The notes under the pieces were generated by a model. It was not told where the DNA came from and ran no database searches. It saw only the letters and a program-made list of their open reading frames with translations. The position numbers and the translations under genes were made by a program. Shown piece by piece: positions 1 to 10,113 of a DNA stretch of 64,000 nucleotides. This DNA comes from Polyangiaceae bacterium. Lineage in GTDB: Bacteria > Myxococcota_A > Polyangia > Polyangiales > Polyangiaceae. Position 1 is the first letter of the stretch. Every line of letters begins with the position of its first letter. The stretch lies in assembly GCA_044376115.1 (NCBI GenBank), contig JBILLK010000010.1, positions 224,001 through 288,000 of the forward strand, in the 5' to 3' direction.

Positions 1-1
1 C

Positions 2-115
2 GGCGTTCCGGCCGTCGTCAACGTCGACGGCTGCACCTTGAGCATTCGCACGGGGGACCGAGTTCGGGTGGACGGCGACCGAGGTACCGTTGAGCGACTG
101 TCGACTAGCCGCTGA
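2..115 (+). CDS. C-terminal end of PEP-utilising enzyme (mobile/swivel domain), truncated by window start
   Basis: Frame 2 reads GVPAVVNVDGCTLSIRTGDRVRVDGDRGTV...TGA, the typical G(I/V)PAVV...GD.V.VDG..G.V tail of PEP-utilising mobile domains. Confidence 0.8.
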   Translation, partial: GVPAVVNVDGCTLSIRTGDRVRVDGDRGTVERLSTSR

Positions 116-133
116 GCAGGAATCGTTATTAGC

Positions 134-826
134 GTGACCCTCGACCTCCTATTCGAATCGGCGGACTACGCTATTGTCAATAAGCCGTGCGGTATCGCCA
201 CCGAGCCGGACAAGAGTAAGGCGGTCAGCCTGCGAGACCTGGTCGCGGCCCATAGGAAGGTAGCGCCCCACGCCGTTTCGCGGCTCGACCTAGGCGTGAG
301 CGGCGCGGTGCTGTTCGCAATCAGTGACCGCGGCAAGCGCGAAGCTGCCAACCTGCAACAGGCTGGAGCGCACCACCGGCGCTACGTTGCCCTGGTCGGG
401 GCTCCGCTGTCTGCCGCGAATCCAGCGTGGAACAGCGCCATCGACCAGCGCGCGGCCTCCACGCGCTTGCTGTTCGCTGAGACGGCCGACCGGGCGGTTA
501 CCATGCTTGTGCTCGCGCCTGAGACAGGGCGAACGCACCAACTGCGGATTCACTGCTCACGCGCAGGTGCACCCATCCTCGGAGATCCGAAGTATGGCGG
601 GCCACGCAACCTGACGTTGGCGAGCGGCGCAGTGTGCGCCCTCCCGAGGCTCTTCCTTCACTCCTATGCGTTAGGTTTTGCGACCGAGCTGGTCGGTAAT
701 CGCTTACCACGATTGATCTTCGCTCCAATCCCAGAGCCCTTCCTCTCATTGTGGCAGAGCTGTGCAGGTCCGGAGAGCGCGTGGGAGCGAGCCAAGGATG
801 CTTGCTCCGAAGTGACTCAGCGATAG
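134..826 (+). CDS. RluA-family RNA pseudouridine synthase
   Basis: NKP.G, SRLD..VSG (catalytic Asp), TGRTHQLRIH, GDPKYG and LH motifs. Confidence 0.92.
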   Translation: MTLDLLFESADYAIVNKPCGIATEPDKSKAVSLRDLVAAHRKVAPHAVSRLDLGVSGAVLFAISDRGKREAANLQQAGAHHRRYVALVGAPLSAANPAWNSAIDQRAASTRLLFAETADRAVTMLVLAPETGRTHQLRIHCSRAGAPILGDPKYGGPRNLTLASGAVCALPRLFLHSYALGFATELVGNRLPRLIFAPIPEPFLSLWQSCAGPESAWERAKDACSEVTQR

Positions 827-1437
827 GGGTACTGGCCTTCTATCTGCGCGCGAACGTAGCGACGAGTACTGCCTTCATCCAAACTGCCAGCGCGCTGCTC
901 CTGCTGATAGAAGATCGCTAATTCACCGAGGATACGGTCGTGGTTGAAGGCCCATGGCAGCGCCGCGAGCGCTTCGGGTTCAACCTCAATCCATCGGACC
1001 TGATTGACCTCCCCTGGCTCCGCATGAGCGTTCGTGGGCTCGACTCTTCGCTTGAGCTCGACCACGAACCGCGCCGTGACGTTCTGCCGGTTCGCTTGCG
1101 GGTCGCTTTGCACAAAGATGGGCAGCGCTGGCACGATCGCCTCTCCGCTGGCCTCCAGTGTGCGGAGGTCGAGACCTGATTCCTCGAACACCTCGCGTCG
1201 CACCGCATCATCCAGCGACTCATCCCAATCGAGATAGCCACATACCAGGCACCACGTGCCGCTGAAGTCTACGGCGGGACCACGCTCGCCGACGAGCGCA
1301 TAGACCTTGCGTTCACTCGAGTCGTAGCAAAGTACGATGGCCGTAACCGCCACCGAGCGAGACTCGAATAGCACCTTGCCCGGTTCGACTTGGTGGCGCT
1401 GATTCTGACGATTCGAGAAACGAGGCCGCTCCGACAT
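817..1437 (-). CDS. NUDIX hydrolase
   Basis: Complete Nudix box GYLDWDESLDDAVRREVFEESGL; WAFNH near C-terminus. Confidence 0.9.
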   Translation of the reverse strand: MSERPRFSNRQNQRHQVEPGKVLFESRSVAVTAIVLCYDSSERKVYALVGERGPAVDFSGTWCLVCGYLDWDESLDDAVRREVFEESGLDLRTLEASGEAIVPALPIFVQSDPQANRQNVTARFVVELKRRVEPTNAHAEPGEVNQVRWIEVEPEALAALPWAFNHDRILGELAIFYQQEQRAGSLDEGSTRRYVRAQIEGQYPYR

Positions 1438-1521
1438 GCCGCCAGTTTATGCAGGCGGGCGTCGGTGGAGCCATCACATTCGCCGGCTGGCCAGGGCGAC
1501 GCGGGCTCGCAGCTAATGGCT

Positions 1522-1872
1522 CTAAGCCGTGCTGCTTGGCTCGAGCGCCTGAACGCTGACCAGGAGAGCTTCAACGGCCTCCCAATCGAACAGAGCAACG
1601 TCGGCTTGCGGTGAAAGGCCACGCATGGTGGTCGCCACGGAGCGCAGGGCCTCTGTCCTCGTGGAACCGGTCTCGTTTGCGACGGCCACTTCAACGCGGT
1701 CCTCCGAGCGGATGGTTGCCTCGACGCGCCACCTGCCACCACTCTCATCGTTCACCGGCGCAACGACCACACGCATCCGGGCTCCCTCGCAAGCAAGGTC
1801 ATAACCGCGCATGTGCATCGTGCGGTTCTGGTCGACAATACGCAACTTGGTGCGCGGGCTTTCCTTCTTCAT
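1522..1872 (-). CDS. hypothetical protein
   Basis: ATG preceded by GGAGG-like RBS; co-oriented with neighbours; no recognised motif. Confidence 0.65.
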   Translation of the reverse strand: MKKESPRTKLRIVDQNRTMHMRGYDLACEGARMRVVVAPVNDESGGRWRVEATIRSEDRVEVAVANETGSTRTEALRSVATTMRGLSPQADVALFDWEAVEALLVSVQALEPSSTA

Positions 1873-2086
1873 TGCATCCTCCGAGATTGACTCTTCGCCG
1901 GCTCCGTTGCCTAGCCAACGAGACTCATCAATGGCCTGCTCACGTGGATGACACAGGAAATCCGCTAACTTTGAGGCGACGGAAGCAGCCTAACACGCCT
2001 GCTCTGGGAACGCTCGCAATGAGAGCGAGCAGCCGAGTTTAGCTACGCAAGGCGCGCCGTTTTATCGCCATATCGCTAATAGCCTA

Positions 2087-3070
2087 TCAAGCTCGGACAA
2101 CCAGATAGCGCTCTCCGAATCGCAACAACATCTCCGCTGCTGAACCTGGCTCCACGTCCTGGGCGCTCGTGGCGCTGGCTTGGAGTACGAGCGCCATCGT
2201 TCGGAAGGCGCCCACGGTCTTGCGCTCGCTCTCGCTCAAGGGCTGGCCGCGCGTCTGCGCGTAGGCCGCAACGAAGCGATCGGACTCCTCAGGCGTAGGA
2301 GCTTGCTCCGCATGAACCGAGCTGTTGCGGAAGCTAGCCGCCGCAAGACCGATGGCACCAGCCGCCGGCACATGGAGGAGCTGCTCCCAGCCGCGGACAG
2401 CGCACAACGAGTCAGCGCCAAAGCGGACGTTGCGCTCGGACCAGCCCAGGTGCGTGACCACCCACGGCTCGGAAGGCGCCGCAACGCGCGTACGCGCTGA
2501 TTCTGCCAACTCTTCGAACTCCTCGTTGGGGCGCGCGGGTGGAGCGGGCATCAAGGGCGTAAACGGCGGCCATCGCTCGAGCGACCAGCGCAAGAGACCG
2601 GCGGAGCCGGGTGACGCCTGCTCGCTCAGCGTGGTCGCCAGCTGTACGAAGCGATGAAGTTCCTGAGCGAGCTGCGCCACCGTTGGTTGCGACAGCGCTT
2701 GCGTGGGCTCACTTTCGATCATGAGCCAGCCCTGCGGCAATCGAACCGGGCCGACCACGAATTCTGGCGCTGGGTAACCCGAGTCCTGCATCGCGCTGGC
2801 GAGCGTGGCTGTCGCCGAAAGCTGCGCCTCGACCTCGGAGCCAAGTACGAGCGCCGTCACCCGGCGTTGGTCTTCTAATTCAATCAAGAGCCGTGGGAAC
2901 TCCGCAGCGACCACGCTGACCGGATCCGAACCGACCCAAACGGCGAACGCTCGCTCGAGCAGCGAGCGGGCCTGCTCCTGCGTGCAACCGACTAGCGGAT
3001 CACCGACGCCGATGCGCACAAAGTCAGCGCGGAGTTGCGCGACCGCCTCGTCCAGCGACAAGTGCCTCAT
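2087..3070 (-). CDS. aminoglycoside phosphotransferase (APH)/kinase-fold protein, probably catalytically degenerate
   Basis: GYPAP, LAQELHRF, THLGWSERNVRF and AVRGWEQ align to APH-family HxDxxxxN and (I/Y)DW motifs, but both Asp are absent; ATG 7 bp after the upstream stop. Confidence 0.6.
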   Translation of the reverse strand: MRHLSLDEAVAQLRADFVRIGVGDPLVGCTQEQARSLLERAFAVWVGSDPVSVVAAEFPRLLIELEDQRRVTALVLGSEVEAQLSATATLASAMQDSGYPAPEFVVGPVRLPQGWLMIESEPTQALSQPTVAQLAQELHRFVQLATTLSEQASPGSAGLLRWSLERWPPFTPLMPAPPARPNEEFEELAESARTRVAAPSEPWVVTHLGWSERNVRFGADSLCAVRGWEQLLHVPAAGAIGLAAASFRNSSVHAEQAPTPEESDRFVAAYAQTRGQPLSESERKTVGAFRTMALVLQASATSAQDVEPGSAAEMLLRFGERYLVVRA

Positions 3071-3077
3071 GCAAACT

Positions 3078-6000
3078 TCAGCCCTGCGCCGAGCCCCAAA
3101 CGACTCCCAACTTGCGCCGTTCAACGTAGGCGTCTTGCGTCAGAGCAAATCGAATCAGCTCGTTGGCGACGGGGTGCCCGAGGAGGAAGCGCGCCGTGTC
3201 CCCCGTGCGTGCGAGCTCCGGTTCGACCCAACGAAGCACCTCGATACCGCCGAGCAAGTCTCCCGAGAGCGCATAGGCGACGCGCAGCTCACTGCGACGC
3301 ACCGCCGAAACAAACCCCTGCGGATTGAGGGCGGCAGAGATGCCTTGTGCCCGTTCTTGAAGCAGCTTGCGTTGCACTCGGCCGATCGCCCGCTGCATCG
3401 GAGCGAGGCTCGCCGCGAGGGAGTGCTCTCGCTGGGGGCTCAGTTCACCCAAGCCCCACTGCGGGAAGATGGATCGCATGGCCGAGGTCAGCAGGCCGTC
3501 CACACCCTCGGGAGGTACGTCATCGATGAAGGTGAGGCCGAGAGCGATGCGCGCAACCAGCCGAGCAAAGGTGAACACCTGCTCGCCCTCGGGGAGCTCC
3601 GCGATGCTCGCTGACGCTACGATTGCTGGGGGGTCACCAGCGATGACGCGGGCCGGCCCTGTCCAGTTGGCCGAAAGGTAGAACTCGTATTCGCTGACAC
3701 CGAAGGCCCTCGCCACGCGGTCGAGCAGCACCCGAGATGGATGCCCATCCCGCGCGTTGACACGGTCTCGCGAGGCAATGCCGAACGAACTCAGCGTAAA
3801 GCCGAGCACCTTCGGGACGATCGCCTGAATCGCCACAGCGACCTCGATGAACGGCGTGCGCGCCTCGGAGAACAGAAAGCCTGAGAGCTCCTTGGGGCCA
3901 AGGGCGTTTGCAAAGGGCGCATCGGGCTCGAGCCGGCGGGTGCGCAACTTAGCGAGCCGCTCCCCCGATACTTCACCCAGCAGCGCGCGGAGCTCTTCGA
4001 CGGGTAGCTTTTCATCGGCACGCCCATCGGTCGCAAGCGCTGCATCAAGACACGCGAGCACCGCGGAGAGGATCGATCCAGTCGCGGCCACGCACGCACT
4101 GCGCACGGTGTTGAAGGCGCTGGGCTCCAACAACCGAACCAACGTGTCAGAGTCGGTGGTCAAGAGCTCGCGCAACACGAGCACGGCGTCCTTGGTGCGC
4201 CCGGCCGACAACAAGCCGAGTCCGAGCGCGGCGCGCAACTCCACGAGGGGCGAACTCTGCCCCAGCGTCGGTTGGACCACCGAAGCAGCTCCGATGGCCG
4301 TCTGCAAGTGCGCGAGACCCTCGTTGATCCGCTTGAGCAGGTTCAGCTCGAGCAAGCCCAAGGTGTAAAGCCAGCGGGCCTCCAGCGGACGCCGACGGGC
4401 CTTGGCCATCTCCAGGATCTGTTCGAGTGCGTGCGCGAGACCCAGTGCGCCGTCGTGCGTCTCTGCGCGGTAAAGCCGCGTGAGCACGGTGAAGGGTCGA
4501 ACGTCGTTTGGAGTGGAGACCACGGCATCCGAGAGGGCCCGCAACATGCCGGCGCCGTCGTTCGCCTCGCGACATACCTCCGCCACCCGCAGCTGGTACT
4601 CGGTGCGCTGCGCCAAATCAGTCTCGCATTCGGCAAGCCGCTCCAAGCTCGAGCGCGCTAGAGCCTTGTCACCTGTGCGTACGGCCAACGCGTGAAGTCG
4701 CTCGAGCGCCAGCTTGTGGGTCGCATCCTGTTTCAAGATGTTGACCAGCGTGGCCTCAGCAAGAGCTGTGTCAGCAAGCGGCCCCTCGAACAGATCCACC
4801 AGCGCAAACAGCGCGGTTAGGCGCTCTTTCTTCTCGCTGTTTTGTGAAAGCTCAACGATGCGCTGCAGCGTTTCACGCGACTCGCCCCAAGCTTTCTGAG
4901 CGTTGTACAAGCCGGAGAGCACGAACAGCGAGCCGAGCTCTTCTCCTTTGGCGTCCATCGCTCGGCGGATGGCCGAGATGGCGGGACCGTAGTCGAGCCG
5001 AGCGGCATCGCCCTCGCTGCGGTGGATGCGCAAGTAGGCCTGCGCAAGCTCAGCCCCGACGAACGCAACCTGAGCTGGCACCGACATACGATCGAAGGAG
5101 TCACGGAAGCGCTCGATCAAGCGCCTGGGTTCGTTCACCAACATCGCGTTGAGGGCGTGCGCCGCGTCGCGATTCTCAGGGTCGGTATCGAGCGCGAGTT
5201 CAAACAGCTCGAGGGCCGCAAGGTCGTCACGCAGCTGCGCCGAGGTCAGATCGGCGGCGCGCACGTAGAGAGCGGCCTTTTCTTCGGCCTTCGGCGTGAG
5301 TTTGGCCAGCGCGAGTTGGCTTTGCACCACGGCGCGGTGATCGGCGAGCTCGCTGCCGAGCCGCTCCAAGCCGCGCGCTGCCAAGGTCGAGGTCGGCCAC
5401 AGCAGCAAGGCCTCACGATAGCCCTCGAGGGCGCGAGCCGGATCGCGATCGACTTCGGCGAACTCGAGCAAGGTCGCTTCCTCGATGTGGTAGGCCGCTC
5501 GACTGATTGGGTCGATCGTCAGCTCGCGGCGCGCGCGTAGCGCTGCCAAAAGCTGGCCACGCGCAGCAAGCAACGCAGGGTGCGGGACGCTCACGTTGTT
5601 GACGAGCCGACTCGCAACCCGAATCAACGCATCCAAGGCGCCGACGTCCGCAGGGTCTTCACGAATGATGCGACTGAGGGCCTCCAAGGTATGGGCTGGC
5701 CCAACGCGCTCTTCGAGATTGACGACCTCCCACAGCGCGCCGGCGCGAGCCACTCTCGCTCCAAGCACCGACCCTTGCGCGAACAACAAGTTGCTGAGCG
5801 GGCCTGCCTCGCCGAGCGTGCGGCGCAAATGAACGAGTCGCCGCAACGCCGGCACGTGCTTCGGCACGACCGTCACCAGCGCATCCAGCACCTCGCTCGC
5901 CTGCGCTGGGCTTGTCTCCTCGAGCGCGAAGGCCAAACCGACGCGCAACGTGTGATCGATCGCGGCCGGCGGCTTGCGTTCCAACCATTTCGCGTAGAGC

Positions 6001-9000
6001 CGCATCAAGCCGGCGTCGTCGCCGAGGCGAAAGAGAATTCGCTCGGTCGACTCGAACACGGTCGAGTCCCAAGCGGGCTCGGGCGCGGCCTGTAGCGCCT
6101 CATCGCATGCGGCGAGACTGCGGAGCGCTGCTTCGTCGTCCCCGAGGCAATGCTCCTCGACTTCGGCCGCCATCATGTGGAGTTGAGCCAGCGCGCGAGG
6201 CTCGGCCTCTTCCCGCGCCATCGACTTGAGCTCCGTGACGAGCCGCTTGTGATTGCGTGTTTGGCGAAGTAGCCGAACGAGCGAAAGCGTCGGCAAAGGA
6301 TGCGCCGGTCGCAGTCGCTGGGCTGCACGGTAGGCCTCCACGGCGTCGCCCGGTGCTTTACGGAAGCTCTCGTCGAGATCCGCTACCTCGAGCAACGTCT
6401 CGAAGGCTGCATCGGCGTCATTCGCGACGAGCGACATCAACGTCTTGCGTGCGTCGTCGTGGCGGTTGAGCTTGCGCAGCGCTCGAACACGAGCCCGACA
6501 ACCGTCAATATCGTTGGGCCGCGCTACCAACGCCTTGTCGATCAAGAGCAGCGACTTGTCGATTTCGTTCTTGTAGTCAGCGACCTCGGCCGCCTCGAGC
6601 AAGAGCCTCACGCGCAGCTCGACATCGCTCGTGCGGCTGGCCTCTTCACCCAGGGCGAACAGCAACTTGTCGGTATCCTTCGCGCGGCGGGCGTTGCGGG
6701 CGAGGGCGATCAATGCCGAACGGCGACCGGGCTCGATCGCGAGCATGCGCTCGGCGACCGAAATCGCCCGATCAGGGCGATCGAGTTCGTCTTCCCAAAG
6801 TACGAGCACCTTCTCGAGCAGGGCGAGCTTGTGCTCGCGGTCCGACTCCACCGCTGCAGCCTGCTCGTAGAGGTCCACTCTCTGCTCGCTGATCTTCGCG
6901 ATTTCAGCGGTCGCGCGGTGCGGTCGGAGCAGCCCGACCAGGCCATCGAAGGTGGTGCCGTGACCGGGCGAGAGCATCCAAGCACCGCGCAAGGCGTCAA
7001 CCGCTTGGTCATCCTGGTTGAGGTGACGCGAGGCGATGTCACTGGCGCGCAAGTAGGATTGCAGTCGCTCGCGCGTTGGCCGCTCTGAGTTTGCGGCGAG
7101 CAGCCACATGCGAACGCGCTCGGCATGTCGCCCCATGCGCTGCAGCGATTGGTCGAGACTCTCGCGTACCGAACGATTGGTTGGGTCGCTGGCGAGCGCG
7201 CGCGCCGAAGCGTCTGCGGCCAGGTCCGCCCGGCCGAGCCGTCCGTAGGCGTCGGCCAGCCGCACGTACTCGAAGCCGATCGCTTCGCGTTTGCTAAGCA
7301 GGCCGAGCCGCTTGACGCGGATGTCGACGATGCGCGCGAAGTCGTTGTCCTGCTCGAGTTGGCGCAGCAGCTCGGCGAAGACGCGCTCCTGCGTAAGCGA
7401 GCCACTGGAGACGCATGACTCCGCACGAAACAAGGCCGCGACGCCGTCCCCGCGCGCGACGTTACGATCCAGGAGGATGCGCGCCGCCGCGTAGTTGAGG
7501 CGGGCTGTACGCTCGGCATCCCCTTCGCGTTCTCCTTCGACGCGCAGCGCTTCTGCCAAGCCACCGTCGCGATCGTTGCGGGCGAGATGTCGCAGCATCG
7601 CGCCGCGCACAGGACCAGGGTTGGGCGCGAGCGCAACTGCTCGTGTGAGGGCAACGCGCGCGGCCGGAACATCGGCGAGGGTGCGCTCCAAAATGTGAGC
7701 GCGTTCAACCAATAACCACGCAGCGAGGATGGCGTCTCCGCCCGCACCGTCCGGCGCGCAGGCATCCGCCCAAGTCTGAAGATGCTCAGCCAACGCGGCG
7801 CCAAACTTCTTTGGCTCGAGCGCATACTCGCGGCGCAGCACCACCTCCAAGCCCTGCAACGCAGCTGCGTTGCGCGGCGCAAATCGAAGCGAGTCTTCGT
7901 AGGCTTCGCGGGCAGCAGCAAAGTCATTGCGCGCCTCGTGCAGACGAGCCGCCGTTGCATACAGCGCGCCTTTGGCAGCGTCGGTTTCAGCCAGCGCGAT
8001 CTCATCGGCGAGCACCGTCAGCGATTCAGGCGTGAGCGCGAGCAGACGCCGCAAACGGCTGGCAGCCGACGGAAGCGCGCGCTCAATCTGCCGAGCGCTC
8101 TCGTAGTGCTTCTCGGCCCGCGCGCGATCTCCGAGCACCCATTCGCAAAGCAGCCCAAGTTCCACGTGCGCATGTGCGGCGCCCTGAGGGTCCTCACGGA
8201 CCAGACGGTCTGCACGCGCCTTGAGCTCTTGGTCGAGCGGATTCTGCGTACCGCTCGGCGGCGGCATCGAATCGGCGCGCGTTTGAGTCGCGGCCACGAC
8301 GTGGCGCTCGGCCTCTGGCCGACGCGATGCGGGACTTCCAAGCTCGGGAGCCAGCACAACAGGCTGCGCCGGCTCTTCAGCGACGGCTTCGACCACAGCT
8401 GCTTCAAGCGCGGCGGAATTGCCGGCGGCGGGGCTGGCAACGACGGGACCCGCGGGCGGAACCGACGGCCCCGCGTCACGCGTGCGCACGCGCTCAACGG
8501 TGGAACGAAGACTGTAGCTACCCGGAGGCCTCGAGGCGCTCACGCGCGGAGCCTCGGCGCGAGCCTGGTTGACGTCGGTGCGTTCTGCATCCGACGTCGC
8601 GAGCACGCCCGGCTCGACGTCCCAGGCGATAGCGTCCGCGTCCTCGATCTCGGTGTACGCGTCTTCCGCGGGTTGCGCGCTGCTGACAGCCGGAGGCTCA
8701 ACCTCCGCCGGGGTCGCGGCAGCCGAGGGCGCACTGCCGTACATCAAGGTCTTGCCTTTGGCGGGGACGGATGACTCGTCCGCACCCACGCCCAGCTGCG
8801 TTCGCGGGAGATTCGCGGTGGAGGGACTCTTGGGTGGGATCAAGCCAGGCGGACGCAGAGCAGCTGCTGGCCTCGGCGGGCCACCGAGACCCGGCGCGGT
8901 GGGTGGACGTAGCTTTGACGCTGCTGCATCGGCGCCTTGTCGGGCTCCCCACGTAGGTGCAACGCGTGGGGGGCGGGGCTTGTTGTTTCCGCCCTCGACT

Positions 9001-9053
9001 CCCGCGGAGTTTTCGCCGTCTTCGGACTTCGGCCCGTCTGTTTCGTCGGCCAC
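3078..9053 (-). CDS. giant TPR-repeat protein (1991 aa) with Pro/Ala-rich N-terminus, myxobacterial type
   Basis: Many helical TPR-like units (e.g. AYEDSLRFAPRNAAALQGLE, LFELALDTDPENRDAAHAL); long uninterrupted ORF. Confidence 0.85.
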   Translation of the reverse strand: MADETDGPKSEDGENSAGVEGGNNKPRPPRVAPTWGARQGADAAASKLRPPTAPGLGGPPRPAAALRPPGLIPPKSPSTANLPRTQLGVGADESSVPAKGKTLMYGSAPSAAATPAEVEPPAVSSAQPAEDAYTEIEDADAIAWDVEPGVLATSDAERTDVNQARAEAPRVSASRPPGSYSLRSTVERVRTRDAGPSVPPAGPVVASPAAGNSAALEAAVVEAVAEEPAQPVVLAPELGSPASRRPEAERHVVAATQTRADSMPPPSGTQNPLDQELKARADRLVREDPQGAAHAHVELGLLCEWVLGDRARAEKHYESARQIERALPSAASRLRRLLALTPESLTVLADEIALAETDAAKGALYATAARLHEARNDFAAAREAYEDSLRFAPRNAAALQGLEVVLRREYALEPKKFGAALAEHLQTWADACAPDGAGGDAILAAWLLVERAHILERTLADVPAARVALTRAVALAPNPGPVRGAMLRHLARNDRDGGLAEALRVEGEREGDAERTARLNYAAARILLDRNVARGDGVAALFRAESCVSSGSLTQERVFAELLRQLEQDNDFARIVDIRVKRLGLLSKREAIGFEYVRLADAYGRLGRADLAADASARALASDPTNRSVRESLDQSLQRMGRHAERVRMWLLAANSERPTRERLQSYLRASDIASRHLNQDDQAVDALRGAWMLSPGHGTTFDGLVGLLRPHRATAEIAKISEQRVDLYEQAAAVESDREHKLALLEKVLVLWEDELDRPDRAISVAERMLAIEPGRRSALIALARNARRAKDTDKLLFALGEEASRTSDVELRVRLLLEAAEVADYKNEIDKSLLLIDKALVARPNDIDGCRARVRALRKLNRHDDARKTLMSLVANDADAAFETLLEVADLDESFRKAPGDAVEAYRAAQRLRPAHPLPTLSLVRLLRQTRNHKRLVTELKSMAREEAEPRALAQLHMMAAEVEEHCLGDDEAALRSLAACDEALQAAPEPAWDSTVFESTERILFRLGDDAGLMRLYAKWLERKPPAAIDHTLRVGLAFALEETSPAQASEVLDALVTVVPKHVPALRRLVHLRRTLGEAGPLSNLLFAQGSVLGARVARAGALWEVVNLEERVGPAHTLEALSRIIREDPADVGALDALIRVASRLVNNVSVPHPALLAARGQLLAALRARRELTIDPISRAAYHIEEATLLEFAEVDRDPARALEGYREALLLWPTSTLAARGLERLGSELADHRAVVQSQLALAKLTPKAEEKAALYVRAADLTSAQLRDDLAALELFELALDTDPENRDAAHALNAMLVNEPRRLIERFRDSFDRMSVPAQVAFVGAELAQAYLRIHRSEGDAARLDYGPAISAIRRAMDAKGEELGSLFVLSGLYNAQKAWGESRETLQRIVELSQNSEKKERLTALFALVDLFEGPLADTALAEATLVNILKQDATHKLALERLHALAVRTGDKALARSSLERLAECETDLAQRTEYQLRVAEVCREANDGAGMLRALSDAVVSTPNDVRPFTVLTRLYRAETHDGALGLAHALEQILEMAKARRRPLEARWLYTLGLLELNLLKRINEGLAHLQTAIGAASVVQPTLGQSSPLVELRAALGLGLLSAGRTKDAVLVLRELLTTDSDTLVRLLEPSAFNTVRSACVAATGSILSAVLACLDAALATDGRADEKLPVEELRALLGEVSGERLAKLRTRRLEPDAPFANALGPKELSGFLFSEARTPFIEVAVAIQAIVPKVLGFTLSSFGIASRDRVNARDGHPSRVLLDRVARAFGVSEYEFYLSANWTGPARVIAGDPPAIVASASIAELPEGEQVFTFARLVARIALGLTFIDDVPPEGVDGLLTSAMRSIFPQWGLGELSPQREHSLAASLAPMQRAIGRVQRKLLQERAQGISAALNPQGFVSAVRRSELRVAYALSGDLLGGIEVLRWVEPELARTGDTARFLLGHPVANELIRFALTQDAYVERRKLGVVWGSAQG

Positions 9054-9218
9054 GGTGCAATCCTACAGGTTGTCTTTCGAAAGCGGGCAATCGACGAGCG
9101 ACATGCTGCTCATTGCGAAGCTCTCGTGGGGTGAAGATTCCACGCGCCGTCCCGTACGGAACGAACAATCCAGTGTTACTGCTGAGCCAGTTGAGCGCTC
9201 AGCCGTGGAGCCGGCAGC

Positions 9219-10010
9219 TCACTGGGTCCAACGAACGAGCACGCAGGTAACGTTGTCGGGGCCACCGTTCTCGTTGGCTCGCTCGATCAACTTGGCAGCA
9301 GCTGTCTTCAGATCTGCGTGGGCACCGAGTACCTGCGCGATCTCTTCGTCGGTCACCGGACCGGAGAGACCGTCCGAGCAAAGAAGGAACGTGTCGTTCG
9401 ACTGCGGCACCTCGAAGCGCGTATCCACCTTGACGGTGTCTTTCATACCGAGGGCGCGCACGATCACGTTCTTGTGCGGGAAGTTGGCGATCTCTTCCTC
9501 GGTGAGCCGCTTCATCTTGATGTAGTCATTGAGCAACGAGTGATCGTCCGTCAGCAAGTCGAGCTTGCCCTGGCGGAAGCGGTAGACCCGACTGTCCCCG
9601 ACGTGGGCTGCGTAGACACCATCATTGGCAGCGAACAAGCCGACGATGGTGGTACCCATGTTGCGCTTCTTCAGCTCACGTTGGCCCGTCTCGTAGATGC
9701 GCAGATTGGCGAGCTTGATGCCAGTGATGAGACGGTTTTCCTCGTAGCCCTTGGAGCGATCCATTTTGTAGGGCCACGTCCGCTCGGGGTCGTGCTGGGT
9801 CGCGGCGAAGAACTCCCGCAGAGCATCCAGCGCCATCTGCGATGCAACCTCGCCCGATGCGTGACCGCCCATTCCGTCAGCAACGACGAACAGGCCGTAG
9901 TCCGGCATGATGGAGAAATTGTCTTCGTTGTGGTTGCGCTTGCGGCCGACGTTGGTCTCGCCCGCAACCTCAATTCGGTATTTGGAGTGAATGCTTCCGT
10001 GCACGGTCAT
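9219..10010 (-). CDS. PP2C/PPM-family Ser/Thr protein phosphatase (Stp1/PrpC type)
   Basis: GRKRNHNEDN, VADGMGGH, HVGDSRVY, LLCSDGL and GGPDNVT motifs. Confidence 0.96.
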   Translation of the reverse strand: MTVHGSIHSKYRIEVAGETNVGRKRNHNEDNFSIMPDYGLFVVADGMGGHASGEVASQMALDALREFFAATQHDPERTWPYKMDRSKGYEENRLITGIKLANLRIYETGQRELKKRNMGTTIVGLFAANDGVYAAHVGDSRVYRFRQGKLDLLTDDHSLLNDYIKMKRLTEEEIANFPHKNVIVRALGMKDTVKVDTRFEVPQSNDTFLLCSDGLSGPVTDEEIAQVLGAHADLKTAAAKLIERANENGGPDNVTCVLVRWTQ

Positions 10011-10113
10011 CCAAGGCGGTGCGTAGGCCCACGCGGGTTAACAAAACGGAGCCGAGTGGCTCGCGGAGCAGAAAACGAAAGACACCGGATGGTCAGCTGC
10101 GGCGAGCCGACTG

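Noticed and set aside
1873..2086. Intergenic region with a small hairpin (GCTCGC...GCGAGC) as possible ncRNA or riboswitch
   Set aside because: No recognisable family motif; would need an Rfam/Infernal search
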